Positions 22,053 through 36,200 of a DNA stretch of 64,000 nt are shown piece after piece. The notes under the pieces were generated by a model. That model worked only from the letters and a program-made list of their open reading frames with translations, was not told the origin of the DNA and did no database searches. Every line of letters begins with the position of its first letter. Within the stretch, counting starts at the first letter, position 1. The position numbers were made by a program, and so were the translations under genes. The stretch spans positions 19,995 to 83,994 of the forward strand of contig JAUCBJ010004223.1 of assembly GCA_032718475.1 (NCBI GenBank), in the 5' to 3' direction. The stretch comes from Nemertoderma westbladi. Its lineage: Eukaryota > Animalia > Xenacoelomorpha.

Positions 22053-25000
22053 ATTTGTAATTAATAATAAAGGCGTTAGAGATTTCTAATTAATAATAAA
22101 GGCATTAGAGATTTCTAATTAATAATAAAGGCATTAGAGATTTCTAATTAATAATAAAGGCGTTAGAGATTTCTAATTAATAATAAAGGCATTAGAGATT
22201 TCTAATTAATAATAAAGGCGTTAGAGATTTTTAATTAATAATAAAGGCATTAGAGATTTCTAATTAATAATAAAGGCATTAGAGATTTCTAATTAATAAT
22301 AAAGGCATTAGAGATTTGTAATTAATAATAAAGGCAATAGAGATTTCTAATTAATAATAAAGGCATTAGAGATTTCTAATTAATAATAAAGGCATTAGAG
22401 ATTTCTAATTAATAATAAAGGCATTAGAGATTTCTAATTAATAATAAAGGCATTAGAGATTTCTAATTAATAATAAAGGCATTAGAGATTTCTAATTAAT
22501 AATAAAGGCATTAGAGATTTCTAATTAATAATAAAGGCATTATAGATTTTTAATTAATAATAAAGGCGTTAGAGATTTCTAATTAATAATAAAGGCATTA
22601 GAGATTTCTAATTAATAATAAAGGCATTATAGATTTTTAATTAATAATAAAGGCATTAGAGATTTCTAATTAATAATAAAGGCATTAGAGATTTCTAATT
22701 AATAATAAAGGCATTAGAGATTTCTAATTAATAATAAAGGCATTAGAGATTTCTAATTAATAATAAAGGCATTAGAGATTTCTAATTAATAATAAAGGCA
22801 TTAGAGATTTCTAATTAATAATAAAGGCATTAGAGATTTCTAATTAATAATAAAGGCATTAGAGATTTATAATTAAAAATAAAGGCATTATAGATTTTTA
22901 ATTAATAATAAAGGCGTTAGAGATTTCTAATTAATAATAAAGGCATTAGAGATTTGTAATTAATAATAAAGGCGTTAGAGATTTCTAATTAATAATAAAG
23001 GCATTAGAGATTTATAATTAAAAATAAAGGCATTATAGATTTTTAATTAATAATAAAGGCGTTAGAGATTTCTAATTAATAATAAAGGCATTAGAGATTT
23101 GTAATTAATAATAAAGGCGTTAGAGATTTCTAATTAATAATAAAGGCATTAGAGATTTCTAATTAATAATAAAGGCATTAGAGATTTCTAATTAATAATA
23201 AAGAAATTATAGATTTTTAATTAATAATAAAGGCGTTAGAGATTTCTAATTAATAATAAAGGCATTAGAGATTTTTAATTAATAATAAAGGCATTAGAGA
23301 TTTCTAATTAATAATAAAGGCATTATAGATTTTTAATTAATAATAAAGGCGTTAGAGATTTCTAATTAATAATAAAGGCATTAGAGATTTGTAATTAATA
23401 ATAAAGGCATTAGAGATTTCTAATTTAATAATAAAGGCATTAGAGATTATTGGAAGAGACGGTAACAATACCTGCAATATCCTACTGTAAAGTTTGTGAA
23501 TCAAATCATAAATCCGACCTTCTCACCAAAACAGTAAACTCTAAGTAAGCGAATATATTGCAGTATCGATCTCTTATAACCGGTGAGGCAGAAAACAGTC
23601 TACGAGCAGACAAACTTCGATAAAACAAAATCCCGCGCAGCGAATCCTAAAATCAGGCTGACTCACTGACGGACTAAGGGGCTCGTATACTTTGCCGCGG
23701 TGTGATTTATATGGTTGGGCGAAGGGACGCTAGCTAGGTACAGAGGCAGAGATTTGGAGATGTCTAACTAGCGGGCAAAGCACAGTACGGACAAAGTTAA
23801 TTTTATATATTTTGAGGTGTAAATAATTTCTAACGCGCGTGTGTTAATTCTGAACGGTCAAAAGCAGTTTTGCTCCTTCACATATATAATTACTGGGTAC
23901 GGTGTGCATTTTACGAATATTCTAATTTTGTAACTTGTAGGTCCAATACTCACGAATAATAAGGTTCCTTCCCCTCTTGCGTATTTCCAGGACTCAAATT
24001 CAGGCATAAGGTTAATGCTACGCCCAGAATTCGGCAATTTTAGGTACCAGGTCCCTGATACTAAGAAGAGATGTGTTAGTTTACTACTGTAGGCGTACAG
24101 TTACTAATAGCTATCCTGGCGTCCTATCTAGAATTTTAGTCACCCAGGTAGGCTGGGTAACTTCCTATCAGGGCGTTGGCGGGGACACGGTAGATGTTAG
24201 TATATCCCTAATAGCCTCAATTTATTTGCGCCTAGTTGTAAACTGCCCTACCGCCTGAACGGTACAATCCCAATTCAGGTGAAAACACAGCAACCCTCCT
24301 AGCCTACAAGTTCTGATGCAATGGACACCGTTGTACTGCAAATAGTCACAGACGCACCCGTACTTAGCAAGAGTTAGGCGTACAGTTTGCTGCACCCTAC
24401 CAATTTGTATGCTGCGTACCGGTGTGCCTACGTCCTATCTGCGTACTAGTATCTGCCTGCTCTCTCCCCCCCCCGTAGGAATGTGAAGGTCTACTGTGGT
24501 TCTTTCCTGAATCAAGACAGTACAGTCCCTAAGATGTAATTTTAGGCTCACAGCGTGTCACTACTTCTACCTTTTGATCTTTGGTCTTACGCTTAGGTAG
24601 CGAGGCGTCGAACGCTGTCTAACCTTTCAGGCGATGGGCGAATAACTCAAGATGGTATTGCGGGTTGTCTCTTGTCTACATTCCCGTGATGTTCCCGTTC
24701 ATTGCTGCGGCCCGATCTCTAGCCGGCCATCCTGTCCCTTAGGTTTGTTCACCGTAGTGAATCATGGTAAAACAGATAGAAAAGGCAGATTAGCGATAAT
24801 TCTGACTTTATTACAGAAGATATAATTATAATACAATGTAATCTGAAATAAACTAAGCACGACAGAATATTGATAAGATAAGATAATCTGAGAAGTATAT
24901 GTGTATAATAGAAAGATAACTAATGAACGAAATCGCACCTTTATATAGCAAATTTGTGCTGCAATCAATCGAGAACATTCTATAATTATATTGGGTTTTT

Positions 25001-25143
25001 AAAGATAACCATTGGTCCAGCTAATGTATAACTTGCACGACATTGGATACAATCTAATAACTGCAGTCTCATTGGTTAATCTAGGTACAAACGAATGCAA
25101 TTTAATTTGTAGCGGTCAATTTAAATGAGTTGAAATTCTGCAC

Positions 25144-25223
25144 AAAAAATAATTCGCACTTACTAGGATTCGAACTCAATACCTACTACACATATAATTT
25201 CCAACGCTCTACCGACTGAGCTA
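25144..25223 (-). pseudogene. tRNA-derived sequence split at its A box (5' 7 nt at 27212-27218)
   Basis: Rejoined: GGTTCAG TAGCTCAGTCGGTAGAGC ... GAGTTCGAATCC ... TTTTTT; D arm intact, anticodon and acceptor stems do not pair. Confidence 0.75.
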
Positions 25224-27203
25224 GGGCTGGGGTAAAACAGACTGTAAACAAGGGGGGAAAAGAATTACGTAAAGAATTACTTAAGTAGAGATAATTAATT
25301 ATTTGCGTATCAACAACAACAGTAACAATCTCACACCTCACAATTCACATAATAGTAATATCCACACCCCCCCCCCCCCCCCTCCCCCTTTTTTTGCAAA
25401 CACTGCACACCACCGCTACCTGCCTGGCACTCCCAGACAATACATTGGGCTATAATACTAGCCACGTCATTGTCCAAAGTATTATTGTTACTTAACTTTT
25501 AATATTGCAATTATACAATATACTGTATATAATACTCTATATGTGCAATGTGAGTATCGGATTACCAAATAACAATAAATTTTAAACAATTGTCTTCTTT
25601 AGTCTAAAATTCGCAACTGTTCGGTGGTCCACCCACACGATCAACACTATGTAGTACTAAAACCTAGGCCTACAACTACATGCTCTAAAATCCCCAAAAA
25701 TGACCCCCCCCCCCCCCCCGCTAAATGGCAGGCCTCCGTTTGCTAATTCCCGTATCAAAACACGGTACTCGTGGATGCATTTGAAGTCATGACACATTAT
25801 TGAAAGTTTATTATTTACTCATAAGTCTAGAAATAATATATAATATAGAAATAATAATATATTTGTTAATTTAGCTACACGAGTAACTGATACTCGTTTA
25901 ATTAAACGTAAACCTTTGATGAAATTAAAAAATTCCTTACTAATCCTTGCCTGTAATCAATAATTAATTAAAAGCTTAGTTGTTTTGCTGGGTTAGCCTA
26001 TACCAGTACATGATTTCCCATCTCCTCAACCAGGGGAACTACTATTATAGTTTAAACTATGTAAGCTATTTATAGCAGCCAATAGAAAGCCGGGTTTTCC
26101 CTACCATCCACCTAAGCAAGCTACTCCCTTCCTCACCTCCATGCTACTCGCGACCTTAGCTCCAGCCTACTCTCAACCTTAGATTTACCACAGTCCTTAG
26201 GTATTCTGCCTGAGCTAGGGCTGGGGTAAAACAGACTGTAAACAAGGGGGGAAAAGAATTACGTAAAGAATTACTTAAGTAGAGATAATTAATTATTTGC
26301 GTATCAACAACAACAGTAACAATCTCACACCTCACAATTCACATAATAGTAATATCCACACCCCCCCCCCCCCCCTCCCCCTTTTTTTGCAAACACTGCA
26401 CACCACCGCTACCTGCCTGGCACTCCCAGACAATACATTGGGCTATAATACTAGCCACGTCATTGTCCAAAGTATTATTGTTACTTAACTTTTAATATTG
26501 CAATTATACAATATACTGTATATAATACTCTATATGTGCAATGTGAGTATCGGATTACCAAATAACAATAAATTTTAAACAATTGTCTTCTTTAGTCTAA
26601 AATTCGCAACTGTTCGGTGGTCCACCCACACGATCAACACTATGTAGTACTAAAACCTAGGCCTACAACTACATGCTCTAAAATCCCCAAAAATGACCCC
26701 CCCCCCCCCCCCCGCTAAATGGCAGGCCTCCGTTTGCTAATTCCCGTATCAAAACACGGTACTCGTGGATGCATTTGAAGTCATGACACATTATTGAAAG
26801 TTTATTATTTACTCATAAGTCTAGAAATAATATATAATATAGAAATAATAATATATTTGTTAATTTAGCTACACGAGTAACTGATACTCGTTTAATTAAA
26901 CGTAAACCTTTGATGAAATTAAAAAATTCCTTACTAATCCTTGCCTGTAATCAATAATTAATTAAAAGCTTAGTTGTTTTGCTGGGTTAGCCTATACCAG
27001 TACATGATTTCCCATCTCCTCAACCAGGGGAACTACTATTATAGTTTAAACTATGTAAGCTATTTATAGCAGCCAATAGAAAGCCGGGTTTTCCCTACCA
27101 TCCACCTAAGCAAGCTACTCCCTTCCTCACCTCCATGCTACTCGCGACCTTAGCTCCAGCCTACTCTCAACCTTAGATTTACCACAGTCCTTAGGTATTC
27201 TGC
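25224..27203. mobile_element. Two head-to-tail ~986-bp units bounded by CTGAGCTA (Dada-like non-autonomous element)
   Basis: ctgagcta at 25216-25223, 26210-26217, 27204-27211; units near identical, period 994. Confidence 0.7.
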
Positions 27204-30200
27204 CTGAGCTACTGAACCACTTGACCAATAGGCGTACAAATGATAGAACAAATACGAATGAGAACTCAAAGCAATCTTTACAAAGTTAATTCGAATAAAA
27301 ATAAAATTTTGAAAATCCACGGCATTTGGAGAATATAATTCTATAGAGATTTCTAATTAATAATAAAGGCATTAGAGATTTCTAATTAATAATAAAGGCG
27401 TTAGAGATTTCTAATTATTAATAAAGGCATGAGAGATTTCTAATTAATAATAAAGGCATTAGAGATTTCTAATTAATAATAAAGGCATTAGAGATTTGTA
27501 ATTAATAATAAAGGCATTAGAGATTTCTAATTAATAATAAAGGCATTAGAGATTTCTAATTAATAATAAAGGCGTTAGAGATTTCTAATTATTAATAAAG
27601 GCATGAGAGATTTCTAATTAATAATAAAGGCATTAGAGATTTCTAATTAATAATAAAGGCATTAGAGATTTGTAATTAATAATAAAGGCATTAGAGATTT
27701 CTAATTAATAATAAAGGCATTAGAGATTTCTAATTAATAATAAAGGCATTAGAGATTTCTAATTAATAATAAAGGCGTTAGAGATTTCTAATTATTAATA
27801 AAGGCATGAGAGATTTCTAATTAATAATAAAGGCATTAGAGATTTCTAATTAATAATAAAGGCGTTAGAGATTTCTAATTATTAATAAAGGCATGAGAGA
27901 TTTTTAATTAATAATAAAGGCGTTAGAGATTTCTAATTAATAATAAAGGCATTAGAGATTTCTAATTAATAATAAAGGCGTTAGAGATTTGTAATTAATA
28001 ATAAAGGCATTAGAGATTTCTAATTAATAATAAAGGCATTAGAGATTTCTAATTAATAATAAAGGCGTTAGAGATTTATAATTAATAATAAAGGCATTAG
28101 AGATTTCTAATTAATAATAAAGGCATTAGAGATTTCTAATTAATAATAAAGGCATTATAGATTTCTAATTAATAATAAAGGCATTAGAGATTTCTAATTA
28201 ATAATAAAGGCATTAGAGATTTCTAATTAATAATAAAGGCACTAGAGATTTCTAATTAATATTAAAGGCATTAGAGATTTCTAATTAATAATAAAGGCAT
28301 TATAGATTTCTAATTAATAATAAAGGCATTACAGATTTCTAATTAATAATAAAGGCATTAGAGATTTCTAATTAATAATAAAGGCATTAGAGATTTCTAA
28401 TTAATAATAAAGGCATTAGAGATTTCTAATTAATAATAAAGGCGTTAGAGATTTCTAATTATTAATAAAGGCATGAGAGATTTCTAATTAATAATAAAGG
28501 CATTAGAGATTTCTAATTAATAATAAAGGCATTAGAGATTTCTAATTAATAATAAAGGCATTAGAGATTTCTAATTAATAATAAAGGCATTAGAGATTTA
28601 TAATTAATAATAAAGGCATTATAGATTTTTAATTAATAATAAAGGCGTTAGAGATTTCTAATTAATAATAAAGGCATTAGAGATTTATAATTAATAATAA
28701 AGGCACTAGAGATTTCTAATTAATAATAAAGGCATTAGAGATTTCTAATTAATAATAAAGGCATTATAGATTTCTAATTAATAATAAAGGCATTAGAGAT
28801 TTCTAATTAATAATAAAGGCATTAGAGATTTCTAATTAATAATAAAGGCATTAGAGATTTCTAATTAATAATAAAGGCGTTAGAGATTTCTAATTAATAA
28901 TAAAGGCATTATAGATTTCTAATTAATAATAAAGGCATTAGAGATTTCTAATTAATAATAAAGGCATTAGAGATTTCTAATTAATAATAAAGGCATTAGA
29001 GATTTCTAATTAATAATAAAGGCATTAGAGATTTCTAATTAATAATAAAGGCATTAGAGATTTCTAATTAATAATAAAGGCGTTAGAGATTTCTAATTAT
29101 TAATAAAGGCATTAGAGATTTCTAATTAATAATAAAGGCATTAGAGATTTCTAATTAATAATAAAGGCGATAGAGATTTCTAATTAATAATAAAGGCATT
29201 AGAGATTTCTAATTAATAATAAAGGCGTTAGAGATTTCTAATTAATAATAAAGGCATTAGAGATTTCTAATTAATAATAAAGGCAATAGAGATTTCTAAT
29301 TAATAATAAAGGCATTAGAGATTTATAATTAATAATAAAGGCATTATAGATTTTTAATTAATAATAAAGGCGTTAGAGATTTCTAATTAATAATAAAGGC
29401 ATTAGAGATTTATAATTAATAATAAAGGCACTAGAGATTTCTAATTAATAATAAAGGCATTAGAGATTTCTAATTAATAATAAAGGCATTATAGATTTCT
29501 AATTAATAATAAAGGCATTAGAGATTTCTAATTAATAATAAAGGCATTAGAGATTTCTAATTAATAATAAAGGCATTAGAGATTTCTAATTAATAATAAA
29601 GGCATTAGAGATTTCTAATTAATAATAAAGGCGTTAGAGATTTCTAATTATTAATAAAGGCATTAGAGATTTCTAATTAATAATAAAGGCATTAGAGATT
29701 TCTAATTAATAATAAAGGCGTTAGAGATTTCTAATTAATAATAAAGGCATTAGAGATTTCTAATTAATAATAAAGGCATTAGAGATTTCTAATTAATAAT
29801 AAAGGCATTAGAGATTTCTAATTAATAATAAAGGCATTAGAGATTTCTAATTAATAATAAAGGCATTATAGATTTTTAATTAATAATAAAGGCGTTAGAG
29901 ATTTCTAATTAATAATAAAGGCATTAGAGATTTATAATTAATAATAAAGGCACTAGAGATTTCTAATTAATAATAAAGGCATTATAGATTTCTAATTAAT
30001 AATAAAGGCGTTAGAGATTCTAATTAATAATAAAGGCATTAGAGATTTATAATTAATAATAAAGGCACTAGAGATTTCTAATTAATAATAAAGGCATTAT
30101 AGATTTCTAATTAATAATAAAGGCGTTAGAGATTTGTAATTAATAATAAAGGCATTAGAGATTTCTAATTAATAATAAAGGCGTTAGAGATTTCTAATTA

Positions 30201-33200
30201 ATAATAAAGGCATTAGAGATTTCTAATTATTAATAAAGGCATTAGAGATTTCTAATTAATAATAAAGGCGTTAGAGATTTCTAATTAATAATAAAGGCGT
30301 TAGAGATTTCTAATTAATAATAAAGGCATTAGAGATTTCTAATTAATAATAAAGGCAATAGAGATTTCTAATTAATAATAAAGGCATTAGAGATTTCTAA
30401 TTAATAATAAAGGCATTACAGATTTTTAATTAATAATACAGGCATTAGAGATTTATAATTAATAATAAAGGCATTAGAGATTTCTAATTAATAATAAAGG
30501 CATTAGAGATTTCTAATTAATAATAAAGGCATTAGAGATTTCTAATTAATAATAAAGGCAATAGAGATTTCTAATTAATAATAAAGGCATTAGAGATTTA
30601 TAATTAATAATAAAGGCATTATAGATTTTTAATTAATAATAAAGGCGTTAGAGATTTCTAATTAATAATAAAGGCATTAGAGATTTATAATTAATAATAA
30701 AGGCACTAGAGATTTCTAATTAATAATAAAGGCATTATAGATTTCTAATTAATAATAAAGGCGTTAGAGATTCTAATTAATAATAAAGGCATTAGAGATT
30801 TATAATTAATAATAAAGGCACTAGAGATTTCTAATTAATAATAAAGGCATTATAGATTTCTAATTAATAATAAAGGCGTTAGAGATTTGTAATTAATAAT
30901 AAAGGCATTAGAGATTTCTAATTAATAATAAAGGCGTTAGAGATTTCTAATTAATAATAAAGGCATTAGAGATTTCTAATTATTAATAAAGGCATTAGAA
31001 ATTTCTAATTAATAATAAAGGCGTTAGAGATTTCTAATTAATAATAAAGGCGTTAGAGATTTCTAATTAATAATAAAGGCATTAGAGATTTCTAATTAAT
31101 AATAAAGGCAATAGAGATTTCTAATTAATAATAAAGGCATTAGAGATTTCTAATTAATAATAAAGGCATTACAGATTTTTAATTAATAATACAGGCATTA
31201 GAGATTTATAATTAATAATAAAGGCATTAGAGATTTCTAATTAATAATAAAGGCATTAGAGATTTCTAATTAATAATAAAGGCATTAGAGATTTCTAATT
31301 AATAATAAAGGCAATAGAGATTTCTAATTAATAATAAAGGCATTAGAGATTTCTAATTAATAATAAAGGCATTATAGATTTCTAATTAATAATACAGGCA
31401 TTAGAGATTTCTAATTAATAATAAAGGCATTATAGATTTCTAATTAATAATAAAGGCATTAGAGATTTCTAATTAATAATAAAGGCATTAGAGATTTCTA
31501 ATTAATAATAAACGCATTAGAGAATTCTACTTAATAATAAAGGCATTAGAGATTTCTAATTAATAATAAAGGCATTAGAGATTTCTAATTAATATTAAAG
31601 GCGTTAGAGATTTCTAATTAATAATAAAGGCATTAGAGATTTGTAATTAATAATAAAGGCAATAGAGATTTCTAATTAATAATAAAGGCATTAGAGATTT
31701 CTAATTAATAATAAAGGCATTAGAGATTTCTAATTAATAATAAAGGCAATAGAGATTTCTAATTAATAATAAAGGCACTAGAGATTTCTAATTAATAATA
31801 AAGGCATTAGAGATTTCTAATTAATAATAAAGGCATTAGAGATTTCTAATTAATAATAAAGGCATTAGAGATTTCTAATTAATAATAAAGGCATTAGAGA
31901 TTTCTAATTAATAATAAAGGCATTAGAGATTTCTAATTAATAATAAAGGCAGTAGAGATTTCTAATTAATAATAAAGGCGTTAGAGATTTCTAATTAATA
32001 ATAAAGGCATTAGAGATTTCTAATTAATAATAAAGGCATTAGAGATTTCTAATTAATAATAAAGGCATTATAGATTTTTAATTAATAATACAGGCATTAG
32101 AGATTTCTAATTAATAATAAAGGCATTAGAGATTTCTAATTAATAATAAAGGCATTATAGATTTTTAATTAATAATAAAGGCATTAGAGATTTCTAATTA
32201 ATAATAAAGGCAATAGAGATTTCTAATTAATAATAAAGGCGTTAGAGATTTCTAATTAATAATAAAGGCGTTAGAGATTTCTAATTAATAATAAAGGCAT
32301 TAGAGATTTCTAATTAATAATAAAGGCATTAGAGATTTCTAATTAATAATAAAGGCATTATAGATTTTTAATTAATAATACAGGCATTAGAGATTTCTAA
32401 TTAATAATAAAGGCATTAGAGATTTCTAATTAATAATAAAGGCATTATAGATTTTTAATTAATAATAAAGGCGTTAGATATTTTTAATTAATAATAAAGG
32501 CATTAGAGATTTCTAATTAATAATAAAGGCATTAGAGATTTCTAATTAATAATAAAGGCATTAGAGATTTCTAATTAATAATAAAGGCATTAGAGATTTC
32601 TAATTAATAATAAAGGCATTATAGATTTTTAATTAATAATACAGGCATTAGAGATTTCTAATTAATAATAAAGGCATTAGAGATTTCTAATTAATAATAA
32701 AGGCATTAGAGATTTCTAATTAATAATAAAGGCATTAGAGATTTCTAATTAATAATAAAGGCATTAGAGATTTCTAATTAATAATAAAGGCATTAGAGAT
32801 TTCTAATTAATAATAAAGGCATTAGAGATTTCTAATTAATAATAAAGGCATTATAGATTTTTAATTAATAATACAGGCATTAGAGATTTCTAATTAATAA
32901 TAAAGGCATTAGAGATTTCTAATTAATAATAAAGGCATTATAGATTTTTAATTAATAATAAAGGCATTAGAGATTTCTAATTAATAATAAAGGCAATAGA
33001 GATTTCTAATTAATAATAAAGGCGTTAGAGATTTCTAATTAATAATAAAGGCGTTAGAGATTTCTAATTAATAATAAAGGCATTAGAGATTTCTAATTAA
33101 TAATAAAGGCATTAGAGATTTCTAATTAATAATAAAGGCATTATAGATTTTTAATTAATAATACAGGCATTAGAGATTTCTAATTAATAATAAAGGCATT

Positions 33201-36200
33201 AGAGATTTCTAATTAATAATAAAGGCATTATAGATTTTTAATTAATAATACTGGCATTAGAGATTTCTAATTAATAATAAAGGCATTAGAGATTTTTAAT
33301 TAATAATACAGGCATTAGAGATTTCTAATTAATAATAAAGGCATTATAGATTTTTAATTAATAATAAAGGCATTAGAGATTTCTAATTAATAATAAAGGC
33401 ATTAGAGATTTTTAATTAATAATACAGGCATTAGAGATTTCTAATTAATAATACAGGCATTAGAGATTTTTAATTAATAATACAGGCATTAGAGATTTCT
33501 AATTAATAATAAAGGCATTAGAGATTTTTAATTAATAATACAGGCATTAGAGATTTCTAATTAATAATACAGGCATTAGAGATTTCTAATTAATAATAAA
33601 GGCATTAGAGATTTTTAATTAATAATACAGGCATTAGAGATTTCTAATTAATAATAAAGGCATTATAGATTTCTAATTAATAATAAAGGCATTATAGATT
33701 TTTAATTAATAATACAGGCATTAGAGATTTCTAATTAATAATAAAGGCATTATAGATTTTTAATTAATAATAAAGGCATTAGAGATTTCTAATTAATAAT
33801 AAAGGCATTAGAGATTTCTAATTAATAGTAAAGGCATTAGAGATTTCTAATTAATAATAAAGGCATTAAAGATTTCTAATTAATAATAAAGGCATTAGAG
33901 ATTTCTAATTAATAATAAAGGCATTATAGATTTTTAATTAATAATACAGGCATTAGAGATTTCTAATTAATAATAAAGGCATTAGAGATTTCTAATTAAT
34001 AATAAAGGCATTAGAGATTTCTAATTAATAATAAAGGCATTAGAGATTTCTAATTAATAATAAAGGCATTAGAGATTTCTAATTAATAATAAAGGCATTA
34101 GAGATTTCTAATTAATAATAAAGAAATTATAGATTTCTAATTAATAATAAAGGCATTAGAGATTTCTAATTAATAATAAAGGCATTAGAGATTTCTAATT
34201 AATAATAAAGGCATTAGAGATTTCTAATTAATAATAAAGGCATTAGAGATTTCTAATTAATAATAAAGGCATTAGAGATTTCTAATTAATAATAAAGGCA
34301 ATAGAGATTTCTAATTAATAATAAAGGCGTTAGAGATTTCTAATTAATAATAAAGGCATTAGAGATTTCTAATTAATAATAAAGGCATTAGAGATTTCTA
34401 ATTAATAATAAAGGCATTATAGATTTTTAATTAATAATACAGGCATTAGAGATTTCTAATTAATAATAAAGGCATTAGAGATTTCTAATTAATAATAAAG
34501 GCATTAGAGATTTCTAATTAATAATAAAGGCATTAGAGATTTCTAATTAATAATAAAGGCATTAGAGATTTCTAATTAATAATAAAGGCATTAGAGATTT
34601 CTAATTAATAATAAAGGCATTATAGATTTCTAATTAATAATAAAGGCATTAGAGATTTCTAATTAATAATAAAGGCATTAGAGATTTCTAATTAATAATA
34701 AAGGCATTAGAGATTTCTAATTAATAATAAAGGCATTAGAGATTTCTAATTAATAATAAAGGCATTAGAGATTTCTAATTAATAGTAAAGGCATTAGAGA
34801 TTTCTAATTAATAATAAAGGCATTAGAGATTTCTAATTAATAATAAAGGCATTAGAGATTTCTAATTAATAATAAAGGCATTAGAGATTTCTAATCAATA
34901 ATAAAGGCATTAGAGATTTCTAATTAATAATAAAGACATTAGAGATTTCTAATTAATAATAAAGGCATTAGAGATTTCTAATTAATAATAAAGGCAATAG
35001 AGATTTCTAATTAATAATAAAGGCATTAGAGATTTCTAATTAATAATAAAGGCATTAGAGATTTCTAATTAATAATAAAGGCATTAGAGATTTCTAATTA
35101 ATAATAAAGGCATTAGAGATTTCTAATTAATAATAAAGGCATTAGAGATTTCTAATTAATAATAACAAAGGCAATAGAGATTTCTAATTAATAATAAAGG
35201 CATTAGAGATTTCTAATTAATAATAAAGGCATTAGAGATTTCTAATTAATAATAAAGGCATTAGAGATTTCAAATTAATAGTAAAGGCATTAGAGATTTC
35301 TTTAATAATAAAGGCATTAGGTATTTCTAATTAATAATAAAGGCATTCGAGATTTCTAATTAATAACAACAAAGGCATTAGAGATTTCTAATTAATAATA
35401 AAGGCATTAGAGATTTCTAATTAATAATAAAGGCGTTAGAGATTTCTAATTAATAATAACAAAGGCAATAGAGATTTCTAATTAATAATAAAGGCATTAA
35501 AGATTTCTAATTAATAATAACAAAGGCAATGGAGATTTCTAATTAATAATAAAGGCATTAGAGATTTCTAATTAATAATAACAAAGGCATTAGAGATTTC
35601 TAATTAATAATAAAGGCATTAGAGATTTGTAATTATTAATAAAGGCATTAGAGATTTCTAATTAATAATAAAGGCATTAGAGATTTCTAATTAATAATAA
35701 AGGCATTAGAGATTTCTAATTAATAACAAAGGCATTAGAGATTTCTAATTAATAATAAAGGCATTAGAGATTTCTAATTAATAATAAAGGCATTAGAGAT
35801 TTCTAATTAATAGTAAAGGCATTAGAGATTTCTAATTAATAATAAAGGCATTAGAGATTTCTAATTAATAATAAAGGCATTAGAGATTTCTAATTAATAA
35901 TAAAGGCATTAGAGATTTCTAATTAATAATAAAGGCATTAGAGATTTCTAATTAATAATAAAGGCATTAGAGATTTCTAATTAATAATAAAGACATTAGA
36001 GATTTCTAATTAATAATAAAGGCAATAGAGATTTCTAATTAATAATAAAGGCATTAGAGATTTCTAATTAATAATAAAGGCATTAGAGATTTCTAATTAA
36101 TAATAAAGGCAATAGAGATTTCTAATTAATAATAAAGGCATTAGAGATTTCTAATTAATAATAAAGGCATTAGAGATTTATAATTAATAATAAAGGCATT

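Larger units (their letters stand above)
23449..27343 (-). mobile_element. Unclassified non-coding insertion in satellite, hosting a tRNA-like segment and nested tandem element
   Basis: Satellite resumes with 8-bp overlap tagagatt (23441-23448 / 27344-27351); minus strand carries CCAAT, TATATAAAG (~24940) and AATAAA (~24810); no TIR or long ORF. Confidence 0.6.

Noticed and set aside
25144-25223. Functional tRNA gene
   Set aside because: Anticodon and acceptor stems do not pair and the A box is interrupted by a 2-kb insertion
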